Below, piece after piece: positions 24,707 through 37,027 of a stretch of DNA of 64,000 nt (within the stretch, counting starts at the first letter, position 1; the number at the start of each line of letters is the position of its first letter). The translations under genes and the position numbers were made by a program. The notes beneath the pieces were generated by a model. The model was not told the DNA's origin. It saw nothing but the letters and a program-made list of their open reading frames with translations, and ran no database searches. The DNA comes from Guillardia theta CCMP2712 (taxonomy: Eukaryota; Protista; Cryptophyta): positions 872,994-936,993 of the forward strand of contig NW_005434673.1 of the NCBI RefSeq assembly GCF_000315625.1, in the 5' to 3' direction.

Positions 24707-26706
24707 TCATCTTCTGGGTCTGAGATAATACAACTGTACATCGTGATCGTCTCGCATACTCTGAAAGAACCGCTCCACTTCAAACCTCTCACCGGCCTGA
24801 CAAGAAAAGTCAAGATGGCCAAACATTACCATGTTCGATTCATCTTCCCTTCTCTGAGACTCGTGAAATTCTATCTCACCTGCTGTATGAAGTTTGCTTC
24901 GATTGGAGCTCGGCGAATCTCAAAGGACAGGACGATGAGCGTATCGTGATGAGAAAGAGCCTGTTCAACCTGTTGAGCAGCAGCCTCACAATTTCCTACA
25001 GCATTACCTGGAGGGTTTCTAGAAGGGCGCGATGAACTTCCTCCTTGTACAAACAATCTGAGCACAGGATCTGTGCAAACGTCTTGATCATCAAGCGCAG
25101 CAGTGGCGAACGCAGGAAAGTGGATGTTGACAGCAAGAGGGGAGGGAAGGTGAGCTAGAGGGCGAGGAATCAGCACACACCAAGTCTGCCTTTCCGACAT
25201 GTGCAGCCTCAGATTCAGAGCCCCATCTGTCATTCCAGGCCATTTCAGACATTGCCAGCACAGCACTTGGCCCTCCTCCCTCACGTGAGTTGTTCGACTG
25301 AACATCTGCTCTGTAGATCTTCGCCGAGAGGATTGCTCGAGCAGTAAAGTTGCAGGTTTCCACGTAGCTTCATACTCAGATTCAGCTCAAAGCTCGCAAA
25401 ACCCCTCGAAAGAATCTCTGCCAACCAAGTCCTCTCCTATCAAGACCAGCCCCAGCCCCACCTCCTGTGTTGTTTCGCACTCTACCCATCCCTCCCTCTC
25501 CTCCTCACCTGATCCAACACATGAGGCAAGTCAGTCATGCAAACCGTTGCTCCAACCGCTGCAGCTGCAAGGCCGAGCACCTGAAATTTCTCAAAATGCC
25601 ATGCCAGTCAAGCTCCCCTTACCCCTGTCCCGCTTCCAACCTCGACGACTTTCTTCTGCAGAAAAGCTCGATTCAAACACGTATCCCAAGGAAGTGAGAT
25701 GTATGAAGTTGCGATATCATGAGGCAGGCAGGCATGCAAGAGACCTGCGAATTCATATACTGGTGAAGCACAAAGTTTCTGTCTGTCAAGAGGTTGCAGA
25801 GCACGACTGCACTTTGGAAGACACAACCAGCCTGAACTCTCAATGAGAGGAGGAGCAATCGCAGCTTTCACAACCTCTCCCAGATCTTTCCTCAAGGGCA
25901 GGTCGATGGGTTTCTGCAAGATCCATTCAGTTCGGATCCAAGAACAGATGATGATTTGTAGTTTCACCAAATTCATAGACGATGGAGGAACGATCTGCGT
26001 GGACTGATGGACTTCGGAAGGTGTCTGAAAGTGAATGCGTCATTAGGAAGCCAAGGTAAAAGTAAAGAGCAGCTGAGAAATGTAGTAGAGCCAAGGTCAA
26101 GGTAAAGAGCAGCTGAGAAATGTAGTAGACAATCACTTACATCGCTTTCATCACAGAAGAATCGAGATTTGAAGCGATAAGTCCAATCTCCAATCATTCT
26201 TTCATACACAACATATTCATCTCGATCTGATATTTTCTTTGCCGACGTATCAGTGCAGATAATTGATAGACAGATGAGAAAAGACCTTCATATGCATAGT
26301 CGCTGCAGTTTGATACAAGATTACGACGTGTCAGTCGATTGAATCCAGCTCGTTTTCCCTCTCATTCACCGTCGTTATGGTTGCCGCCACAAAGAGCCTC
26401 GAGCTGTCGATCGGTCTGAAAGAACTCTTCTTCTTCTCGACTGTCCCACCATAAGAAATAAAGACTACATCGGAAACGTCTACTTCTTCGGGAGTTGTTG
26501 TTTGTCAATGAACAGTTTTCGGGAGTACCTATTGCAGTCACATCATCAACCATCAACTCCCTTCTCCCCAGCTCGCTCTTTCCTTTCATTCCACAGTCTT
26601 CATCCTTCCTTCCATAAACGCCTCTCCTCTCCAATCCTCAAGCTCCTGCTCCTGCTCCTTACCCGTAGCATAGCGCCATGTACCGCTCTACCGGATCCTC
26701 CTGCAT
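24707..26706 (-). CDS. SAM-dependent protein-lysine methyltransferase, METTL21/EEF1AKMT-like (family 16)
   Basis: SAVVLC, KKVVEVGSGTG motif I, GLAAAAVGA.V..TDL, EMAW, LIVLSFEIRR; many short introns. Confidence 0.75.
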
Positions 26707-27028
26707 CGTCGGGGTTCCTGTCGGCATCAAGACCCGCCGGAAACTGACCGGGCACCGGACGGCATTGATCGGACCGTCAGTGCGGCCCGGGCAGCAAGAC
26801 GGGCCGGGCCGCCCCGGCGGCCCGGCGCTGCAATCAACCATGACTCCGGGGAGTCCCGCTGGCCGCTGTTGAATCGATTTAAACCGCACCGGCCGTCGGT
26901 CCCTGGGATCCAGGACCAGTTGAATTTTTCATGCAGCGCCGGCGGGGGATCCAACGGTGAGGAGTAGAGAGCGAGGTCACTGCAGGGAGCAGACGACCAC
27001 TGGCGACCAACTTCGACAGGTTCCCAAC

Positions 27029-30000
27029 ATGGCGGCGAGTCCAGACCTCTCGTCCATGCGGTCAGGCTGCATGCCTGAGCCCCTGCAGACAGCTCAAGCT
27101 CTGTACAACTACGAGGCGGTGGAAGATGACGAGCTCTCCTTCGCACGAGGAGACAAGATGATCCTATACAGCAGCCCAGAAGAAGGCTGGTATGAGTGCG
27201 AGCTTAAAGGACAGATAGGTTTAGCCCTGGACAAGTATCGCGTTCATCCCTCACCTCATGGCTTTCAGGTTTGGTGCCTGCCAATTATGTCCGCTTGATC
27301 TTCCCCGAACAACAGCTGCGACTTGCACAGACCAGCGGTTACTTGTGAGTACTGATATTATTTGCTTTCAAAGAAGCAGCTCACTGACATGTTTGCGAAG
27401 GCAAAACTCTCCACAACCTTTCTCTGCTGCTGGCAGGCTCAGGTATGGCTGCCGGGGTTGGGAGTGGGGTTGTTGTAATGCGATGCCCCAGCGCCGAACT
27501 CTATGGTCAAGGGTCGTCCAGGAACGGGACACCATTGCTGGGGCCTTCTCTTGCTACTCCGAAGCTCGGTCCTCGATGGAGCTCGAATGATGTGCTGACG
27601 GAGAACGACAAGGTGAGTTGGTGTGATGGAGATCCCAGCTGAGAGTGATGTCAAGGTGCTGAACGAGGAGAGCGGAGTTAAGAACGTTCATGAGCGTCTG
27701 TATGAAGAAGGTGAATGAATTCCAGATGTCATCCTGCCGTGCATGATGTTCACTGACTTGAATCTGGCTGTGATAGGAATCATCTTGATCAAGAAACAAC
27801 AAGTCAAGCAGGAGATGTCGAAACAAGCTGAGGGCATGGTGTGACAGCCTGAATTTGATTGAAAACTGTAGTGTGATTGTGATCTGTTCAATCAGCAAAC
27901 CAAGAATGTCAAACCTCATCTGAATCAAAAGTCCATGCAGCTAGCCTCAAGGAGGAAGCCTGACAAAGGAAGGAATTATGGGGAATTCTTGTGGGAGCCT
28001 TGTACGCGTTACGTCTGTGGATCTCTGAAGCTACTTTCAGATATCAGGAAGGTCAGCTCAAGAAATATCAGAAAGCAGAATACATGAACATGCTGAAGAG
28101 AGAAGAAGAAGCCAAGGAAGACATCGAAAACACCTTCACACCGCGGATTTCGCAGTCGAGCAAAACGTAATTTCGGGCTATGGAAGAGGATGAGCTGGTC
28201 TGATGTTGAACAAGGTTGAGGCGGGACATGCCTGTGGTTGAACGACTGCTCATGCTAGAGCAAGTGAGGAATATCTGACGGGTGTCCTTCATTTCACTTG
28301 CACTGCGCAGATAAAGCAAGAGAGACTAGAGAGGCTGAAGAGAACCCGAGAGCAGGTCAGTCTTTCCGGTAGTCTCACATGAAGAGGTCACTGAAAATAC
28401 ATCAAGGAGGAGAGCCGGGAGCTGATATTCTCCCCTCGCATAACAGACTACGAAGTGAAGGAAGAGTAAGTTCGGAACTCCGACTACTTTTGCTCTGAAT
28501 AGCTGCTGGATCTCCCTTGAATTGAATTTCTTTTGATCGTTCGGAACAGAAAGAAGACGGAGCTGTATGGAAAGGACGCGCAGAGACAGCGAGACTTTCA
28601 GAAGCATCTGCTGCAGGTGAGCCAGCGGTCGCCGACGACCTTGACTGCTGTCAACATGCTCCCCCAGGAGAAGTTGAAGAGGGACCTCGGGCTCACTCAC
28701 ACTCCCCGCCTGTGCGAGAGATCCAGGAGGATCGCTAGGAGATCTGAGGTGACACTCCTCTCCCTTGAAGTGCTACCTCCTCCCTTGAAGTGCTACCCCC
28801 TCCCTTGAAGTGCTACCTCCTCCCTTGAAGTGCTACCCCCTCCCTTCACGCCCTATCTTTTCTCCAAGTGAATTCACCGCCTCTGGTGCTTGAACAGGGC
28901 GAGGAGGTGTGGGAGCGACTGCACAAGGACGCAGAACGCAGGGAGATGAAGTTCAGCAACATGACAAGAAGTCCGACTTCACAGATTCCGGGACTGGACC
29001 TGGCTGGGATAGAGAAACACATGAAAGAAGGAGGGAGGAGGTCCAACAGGGACGTGAGCGATCTGTCGTGCGGGAGCCAGTCGTCACGGGGGGTCGTGAT
29101 CAGAGACGCCTCTTTCACGTCCCAGCAGAGTGCAGCTTGCCACTCGCTCTACGAGAAGGCAGAGAAACGACGGACGATGCTGCAGGAGCTGGAGAGACAG
29201 AGAGACGAAGAGGAGCAGAGCCTGAGGAGGCACTCCAAGATAACTCCCAAGTCGGAGGAGCTGAGTGCTCACAGGAAGAAGAAAGACTACATGTCAGCTA
29301 TCGAGAGGTTTGGGTTCGTGACGAACCTGAACAACGAGTCAGCCGTCAACTTCCTTTCTTTCTCTCGTGGTTTCCATCGTGTTTTCGAGCACAGCAACTC
29401 ACGGGTCTACCTGTTTGTGTGCTCCAATCAGAGCTTGAGGGAGAAGACCTTGAAACAAGTGTGGGCGGAGGTGCTGCAAATGTCCAAAGTCACGAAAGAA
29501 AAAGATCCGGAGATGCTGACCGTTCCTCTGGAGATCTTTACAGAAACCCTCGTGTCATGCAGAGAGAATCATTGCATCGAGTCGCTCGAGAATGAGGACA
29601 AGAAGAATGTGCTTCGAATCTTGTCGGACATGGCAAGGATTATCTTCCTGGACCGGCTGTCCAGCAACAAGCCTTCACACCAGATTCGAAGTGAGAGGGC
29701 TGGCTTTGAAAAGAGGCTGAAGCAGTTGCAACTGGAAGCCGCGCAAGAGTTTCGGAAGATAGTGAGGGAGTTGGGAGGAAAGCTCAACGACTCGGAGTGT
29801 GACCTGCTCTTCGAGTATTACGACCAAGAGAACCGGACCCTGAGGCTCACTGACTTTGTGTTGAACTCCTCGGGTATCTTGACCTCTCGCAAGATCGCAA
29901 TGGAGCGATGGCTGAAGAGGTCTTCCAACCTTGTGGCGCGACAAGATGATAAGTGACTGTGCTTGTCCAGGTACGACATCAACAACATGGGAGCCATCTC

Positions 30001-31498
30001 CATCATACAACTGGGTCTGCATGACTCAATCTCACTCGCCACAAAGTAACTCCCATGGCTGAGGGGTGGGGGGTTCCTCGTCTGAGATCTGCTGCCCAGG
30101 AAGCGAATTCAGATCTTCGATGGAGTCATAGACAGGATACAAGAGGTCAACATGCGACTGCAGAGCATCAAAGAAAAGTTCCGCCACACCTTTGAAGAAG
30201 AGCTCCAGGAAGGACTGTCAAGGTGATTGTCAATGCTCGACCTTCGCGGTTTCGGTGTGACTGTCCAGCAGCCCTCCTGCAGCCAAGGCAAACTCGGAGG
30301 GGTACCATCCTTTCTCCAAAGCTCGGGAGAAGAATCAGCCCCGGGAGAGCCCAAGGGATCAGAGGAACGTCCCGAGGCATGCAGTCTGATTGACGTGAAG
30401 GAGCCTTGCTGACTTGCTTGTAAGCAGAGGTCTTGACGGCAGTTTGAATCAGATCCCCCGGCACGAGATCCTCCATCAGTTGTCTCGAAAGAAGTTCGAG
30501 AAGATGTTTGCAGCTCGACAGAAGCAGGACGAGAAGGAGATGGAGCACTGGTACTCCATCTGTTGACCCCCCTCTTCTCCCTGACAAGCTCCAGCACTTT
30601 CCGGCCTGTTGTCAACCCCACCAGGTCGCATACCCGCAAGTCGAACTCGGACACCACGAGCGTAGAAGACAGATTGTGAGGAGCTTCTTGTGTATGTCCT
30701 CCTTGAAGATCTCACCGCCTTCAGGTTCTATGGATCATCGCACAAGAAGAAGTGTGAGAACACAAAGACCTGGGAGGAAAGAGAGCTTGAACTTTGCACA
30801 TTCCGACCTGTAAGCTCACGTGTGTAAAGTTGAGAATGTACCCCTGACGCGATTCTGTTCGCAAGACGCTGGTGAGCAAATCTCCGAAAGTTTCAGGCAA
30901 CAAGGACTCGTCGGTCAAGCCCAGAGAGGACGCGAGCAAGAGACACGTCGACAGAGTGCGAAGAGGTGATACCGTGAGCTCAACTCTCTATCTCTCACTC
31001 GCATGACAGGGGAAGAGCCTGAAGCAAACATCACTGCCAAGAGGTGATCTACCTCCCTCACCTTTCTCCACGTCTGACAAGAACAGTTTGAGCCCCCCGA
31101 GCCAGGAAGCAAGACCTCCCATGCTTCTGACTGAGATCCGAAAGGTTACCGAGCTCAGCACTTACCTTGTTGTGCGCTGACCTTCTCCGCACAGAATTTC
31201 GTCAACCCGCCCTTGTTCTGCCTGGATGTTGACCTTGGCAACGGCAAGATGCAGAGGCTGGAAGTCCACAAGGTACGAGGCCGAAGGGAGTGCAGCGAGT
31301 GCAAGATGTGACGCGTGTTGGCAGGGCGATGACGTGGCACACCTTGTGGGATCGTTCTGCAGGCACTATAACCTTGACGACAAGTGCTGCCAGAACCTCC
31401 AGGCCCTCATCGACGAGCAGCTTGTATGTATCGACTTGCACGGCTACACCTCTCCGAGCGAGACCAGCGTGCTGGAAAGCGACGACTCTTCTATCTGA
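27029..31498 (+). CDS. SH3-domain protein with coiled-coil/'TFxPxI' repeats and C-terminal ubiquitin-like (DVDLGNGK..LEVHKGDD..FCRHYNL) module
   Basis: AQALYNYEAVEDDELSFARGD..EGWYECELKGQIG/LVPANYV = SH3; motifs TFTPRISQSSK, THTPRLCERSRRI, STFRPVVNP, 'VWERLH', 'HERLYEEG'. Confidence 0.75.
28756..28846. repeat. 20-bp intronic minisatellite (CTCCCTTGAAGTGCTACCyC)x4.5
   Basis: Read directly. Confidence 0.9.
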
Positions 31499-31595
31499 TC
31501 TCAAGCACCTCCCCTTTCTAGCTTGACACACACTAGCCTTACCCCTGCTCTTTAGATAAATCCTTTAATGTAACAGTGATAACCACGAGCTTCTT

Positions 31596-32571
31596 CTACC
31601 AACCCAACACGTCTGCTCCAAACCCGCCGAAGAGACCTTTCTTGGGCTTCGATGCTTCCGACGTTTGCTGCACACCACCTATCAAGGCAGAGGGCGCAAT
31701 GGGAACTCTCACCGCCTGCGTCTCCTCCGCCTTCTCTGCTGCAGCATTTTGGGCTGGATCCTACTCCAGATATCAGAGCATGGCAAGGGAGAGGAAGGAG
31801 CAAGTGAGATCCAACTGACCACAGGCAACAGTTTCCACTTCTGTGCCGCGTGTCCGTTGGCAGGCCACATCTGCAGAGTGGCCTCTGGGTTGGGGTTGGC
31901 ATCTTTGATGTCCAGGACTGGAGAAAGTATCACCCCGAGCATGCATCAAGGAGATGTCTCAACCAAGTCCGTTCAGTTCACACTGAAGTACCATGCTCTC
32001 TGCGTTGTACTTCCATTTCTGCGCCTTGGTGTCGTTCTTGTTGTACATCCACAACTTGGTCCCGCTCTCCTTGTTCCCGTTCTCAACATCCAGGACCTTG
32101 ACACGAGGTCAAATTATGCACTGACTATCACAAGGGAAATCTCTTCACCAACGAACTGCCCTTGTTCTCCAGTCTTCCATCGTCGTCAAATCGCCACTGC
32201 GAATCCAACCATTTCAATGGCGCGATGATGAATGATATGTAGAGAACCTGTTGTGCATCTGTTCCATTGTGCGGATACATCCACACCCTGTTTTTCTCCT
32301 CCTTCTGTCCATAAACATTGTCCAAGCACAACCTGCATAACTTCACATTTACAGACACGAGATGCCACAAGGCGAATCAACGAATGTATCGCGTCTCAGA
32401 TCTCGGAGACAAGAAACATCCTTTCCATCTCTTCATTCTCTCTGCCTCTCCTTACCTCTCTATCCATCCTCCTCTATCGCAACAGCATACAGTCTCTCTT
32501 CCTCCCCGTCTCCTTCCTCTCCTCCTCCCTTACCCATTCATTTCGCTCTTGATAAAGAACCATCCCGCCAT
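31596..32571 (-). CDS. Ricin-B-type (QxW)3 beta-trefoil lectin, no signal peptide
   Basis: MAGWFFIKSEMNG/LCLDNV..HNGTDAQQW/VLDVENG..KAQKW/VLDIKDA..NGHAAQKW. Confidence 0.88.
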
Positions 32572-32946
32572 GCTCCTTGCGTCGCTAAGTCCTTGTCATC
32601 GGAGCCGGTGAGTTCCTAGGGGGTGGGGGTAGTATGGGGTGCAAGGACAGTAGGTTCAGAAAACCACAGGTAAATTGGTGGGGTTCAAAGCCAATAATGT
32701 CAGGGTGGGTAGTGACCCTACTGGGGTGCGTGAGTCTGAACATGGGGTAGTGCAACAAAGAGGAGGTGACTTGGGGTAGGGTGCTCACAATGTGCTGGTG
32801 AACAAGGCAACGCCGGGTAAACCAGCAAACATTTTCAATATGTACTCTACCACCCACCCCTCAAATTTCCATCCTGTATTGGGGAAAGGGTGGGTGTTAA
32901 CTCCTCCAAACAAAGAACCCAAGGCAAATGTCGAATGGTCGCATTG

Positions 32947-35900
32947 ATGGACCATGGTGCGGGCGAGGAGGAAGACGAGCGAGATGCTGTATGACAAGCG
33001 CTGATCTAGGACTGCTTGTGTAGAGCAGCCACTCAAGAGCAGCTCTCTGTGCACCTTGGAAGGCACGATGATCAGTTTGACACCCATCTCCGCCAGTCCC
33101 ATCCAAGGTTGTTTCATTCAAGTACAATCAGCTCCCGGTATTCTTGGAGCGTCTATTGGGTTGAGGCCTCCGATACAGTCAAAGCAAACTCATGTGCTAC
33201 ATTTGAAATGTCGGAACAGAAGGACTCAGCTCACACCACTCCTTGCTGGTAAGTGAATACTTTCCATTGTGTTTGGTAATACCGGTGAAGGTGGTGGCGG
33301 AGGAAGCAAAGGGAAAGGAGGAGGAGGGAATCGGTTGAGCAGATGGTGGAGAGATCGTGGTGGAATGGATGACTCTTTGCCCATAAATGTATCACTCTGC
33401 TGTTGATTTGAGAAGAATGTGACTTTTGAACAGTTCCTTATCATTTACTTCACGACCTTACTGTTGTACGTCCTCCGAAAGTCAAGGTTGATCTCTTCTT
33501 GCACTTGATCTTTCTGAGGGGCAACGACCAGATCGAGCAATGCGCAGTTGTCGTTTCCTTGGAGCGAAGAGGTCCTCTTGTCTCACCGGTCCTATTCTTG
33601 TCCATTCACGACCATTCTGCAGATTGCGGATCACATTCAGAACCTCGCGGCAACATGGAACAACCCGATAGCCTCGACGTTTGCCATCAAGATATCTTCA
33701 GCCGACAGGTTCTGCGAGTCTGCTCGGTGGTGCTGCTGACCATTTCCTTGGCACAGTGTTCCGGCCTTGCTTAACGCCATTGACCTGATTCTGTGCTCTC
33801 AAGAAAACTTGTACAGGAAGAGCAACGATGTTTGTCCGGCAGATTCTTATGACACCATGGAAGAAGATTCAGATCCACTCAGCAGATTCAACGACCTGGA
33901 GGATCTGGTCAGTGACGGTGACAACCTTCCTCAGTTCCTTGTAGAGGACAAAGGTTACGACCAGGAGTTGAAGAAGAGACGGAAGAGGTGACGGCAAACA
34001 CGCGAGCTTCTTTTTCTCTGAAGATATCTTGGCTGCAGGAAGACGATGGATCAAGCGCTGACAATAGCGGCAGCCATGACATGCCTCCGCCTCTCCGATG
34101 TGATCTGCCATGGGTTGCTACCCCAGATTGAGAAGGTGATGGCTTGATATGCTCTCACTCTTTTCGAGTGATGATGTTGAAAGCTTCGATCCGATGGCGA
34201 TGTCTGGTACGAGCGGAGCATGACACCTTGGAGACTTGTGCTTGCTGCGCTTCCTTCTGAACCGTTATCACCGTCTCTTCCAGGGCCTGGAGACGCTTTC
34301 CTTCCCACTCGGGACAGACTTCTCCTCCTTGTTCCCGGCGAGGTCTTTGGAGAACAGAATCCACGAGTGCCGCGTTCATCAGCGGGTAATCGTGTGTTGC
34401 TCATCAGTACCCTGACAATGCTGTATGAAGGGAGCAGAGATAATTGCCAGCCTTTCTGCCGAACGTATTGGGTGATTCAAAAGATCCCTTCGCAACTCTC
34501 GACGACTCAGACGCGACTTGGCAGGAAGATTTTGACCAACATCGGGGACCTGAGGAAATCTTCCGATCTTTATAGCCTCGAGAAAGCTGTTTGCCAGGTG
34601 CGTTTGAAACTTTCAAAGGCCACCTGTGACTGGTCATGGATCTAGAACATTGCTCTGTTCAATTCAAACTATTCCTGTGTGCGCTATGAAGAAGAAACTA
34701 GTTGGGTTCGAAGGAAGGCACGAGAAAATCCAAGAGACACCCTGATCAGGCTGCGTGCTTTTGCCGAGACAGTCCCAGAGAAATTGCAAGAAATCAAGCT
34801 ACGAGGATTGGAGCACAGCCCCCCGTCCTTCCTACAGCAGGTCAAACTGCAGGAGAGGGGAAGAGTCCGTAACTGAGGAGGGCCTGCAGCATTGGCCCGA
34901 CGTGCTCCTGATTGGAACCACAGCGATTGTGATGAAGACGTCTGCATCGTCCAGGAGGTCCTTACCCCTGCTGCTGTCCCTTGTGCTCACACTCTACAAG
35001 TTTCTTCAAGTCTGTTAGCGCCTGGAAGGACACTGCGTCCGAGGCCGTCTCCAACGTGGTCCAAGAGAACCTGCGGGAGCCGATGAAAGCAATCTCCAAA
35101 CTCCTCTTCGAGAAGCCAGCAGGGAATGAGATGCAGGAGGCCGTGGAGAGGTCGCGCCAAGCGCTGCAACGCATGATTGATGTTGCTGCCGAGCGCGTAC
35201 AGTCGTGGAGCCTGATGTTGGGTGGCAGTCGTTCTACAAGGATGAGCTGAAGCGGACGAGCGCTGGAGGGATGGAAGGCATCATGAAGACTTTCGAGCTG
35301 GAGATGCGGTCGCCGATCAAGGGGGCGTTGACAGGAAAACTTCTGCGAGCAGTGAGCAAGACGTTGGAGAGGAGGAATGGGGAGGAGCTGAGAGGTCGGC
35401 AGGGGCTGATCCAGCTGCAAGAGATGAAGCTGAACTTTGAGACGGAGATGACTACGGTGCAGAGGCTGCTTGAAGCGCAACAACTCAACCTACAAGTGCC
35501 TTGGAGGGGTTGACGGAAGTTCCCTGAAACCTGCACGACAGGTCCTCGCGATGCTCCCAGTGCTCTCAGCCATCGCCATCGCCACGGCCGGAGTCTCGGG
35601 AGCGATCTCATGGATCGGGTCGAGGAATCAGAGGACTCGGGAAGACCTCCTGGACATCGTCCATGAAGTCAACAAATGCCTCATCTCCGAACAGGTCAAG
35701 TCCTCCCTTCAGCTCCACCGGCTTCTCCGGTGCCCACAAGCTCGTACTGACACTCAGGATGTGCAGGTCGGGGGCACGGAGACTTTCAGATCGATGGGGT
35801 TGCGATGCTTGTTCGTGTGGCAGATGGGGAAAGTGCTACAGACCGGCATAAGGGACATCGACCCCCGGCAGGTCTCGAAGCTGAGAAACGATGTCGTCAA

Positions 35901-36020
35901 GCTAGCGAGCCCGGCCATCTCGGTGAGCTGAGTGAAAGAGATTCGAGGGCTGATGCGACTGTAGGTGCAAGAACACTTCCTGCAGCTCGACTTAGTCTAC
36001 CGACAACTATCCAGGGCCTG
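32947..36020 (+). CDS. NCA2: NCA2/DGS1 family (nuclear control of ATPase) mitochondrial membrane protein
   Basis: ENLREPMKAISKLLF, ALQRMI, IMKTFELEMRSPIKGALTGKLLRA/LIQLQEMKL..VQRLLEAQQLNLQVLAMLP matches the NCA2 C-terminal pattern; start approximate. Confidence 0.75.
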
Positions 36021-37027
36021 ACCGGGTGCCTCGGAGGACTGGCGGCGACTCGGACTAATAACACTGAGTGCCGGGCCCCGGGCCCGAGTGAGGAATGTAA
36101 CGACTGTTGATGATGACCCAGTAATCGGTCATTTTTTACCTCGAGAGCTTACAGGTCGGGATGACTTCGGGACTCCGGTACCACGAAAGATTAGTTATCG
36201 GAGGTACCAAATCTGGACTTAGAAATTGACTACTGCCACCACGACCTAGACCGCACCCTTTCGAATCTGACTTGGGAACCCGGCGCATTTTATTTTTAAA
36301 AAAGATTTGACGTATGGGGTTTTATGTGGGACCCCTCAGGGTGGAGGATTTTCTAAGTGAGGGATTATGAGAAACAGCTGAGGTACTTGTGTGGGTGAGA
36401 AGTTAGGCCGGGAGGGTGGAGAATCTCGGGAGGGTTCCAGGGGCCAACCTGGGATTTGAAAGTGTCTTGTTTGAGATTTTTGTCAAAAAAATCTACACGT
36501 AACATAAACCACGAGCTCCTTGCTCGTTCCCAATCCGACAGACAGGCTGCTCCTGTCCTTCTGCTTTCCTCTTGGCTCGTAGACCTGCGCTGACAGCTCT
36601 CCGACTCGCTCTGCTGAACAAACTCATCAACTCGAGCCTCACAACAGGGCATGGAGGAGCAGAGCAACATCGCCCCGCAACGTCGGACCCTCGTCATCCG
36701 CGTGCTCGATGACTTTCGTTGCGACGAGCAGCATCCTGACGCATCGAAGAAGAAGATGAAGAAGAGGATCGGAACATTCTTGCTGAATGTTTTGAGTGAA
36801 TCCAACCCTAGGTGCCAAAGGGCTTCCATGCTCTCAGGAAACGAATGCTTGCAATGCATCTTGGAGAAACGAAGTCAGATCAATGCCGGAGTGCTCAAGA
36901 CCGTTCGATGACTGAGAACATCGCTGTTGGAGACTCACGCGTGTAAAGTATTATTTCAATCATTAAAGACAAGCTTCTGCTGAGTAAAGCCGTGGCCGGA
37001 GGAGTTTAGACCTTGGCCATGCTCTCT

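Noticed and set aside
26052-26130. 40-bp tandem duplication (GTAAAGAGCAGCTGAGAAATGTAGTAGA x2)
   Set aside because: Local duplication, probably intronic or at an exon edge; no sign of function
36108-36272. Possible C/D-box snoRNA (ATGATGA...CTGA)
   Set aside because: No terminal stem or recognisable rRNA guide; the motifs are short and common
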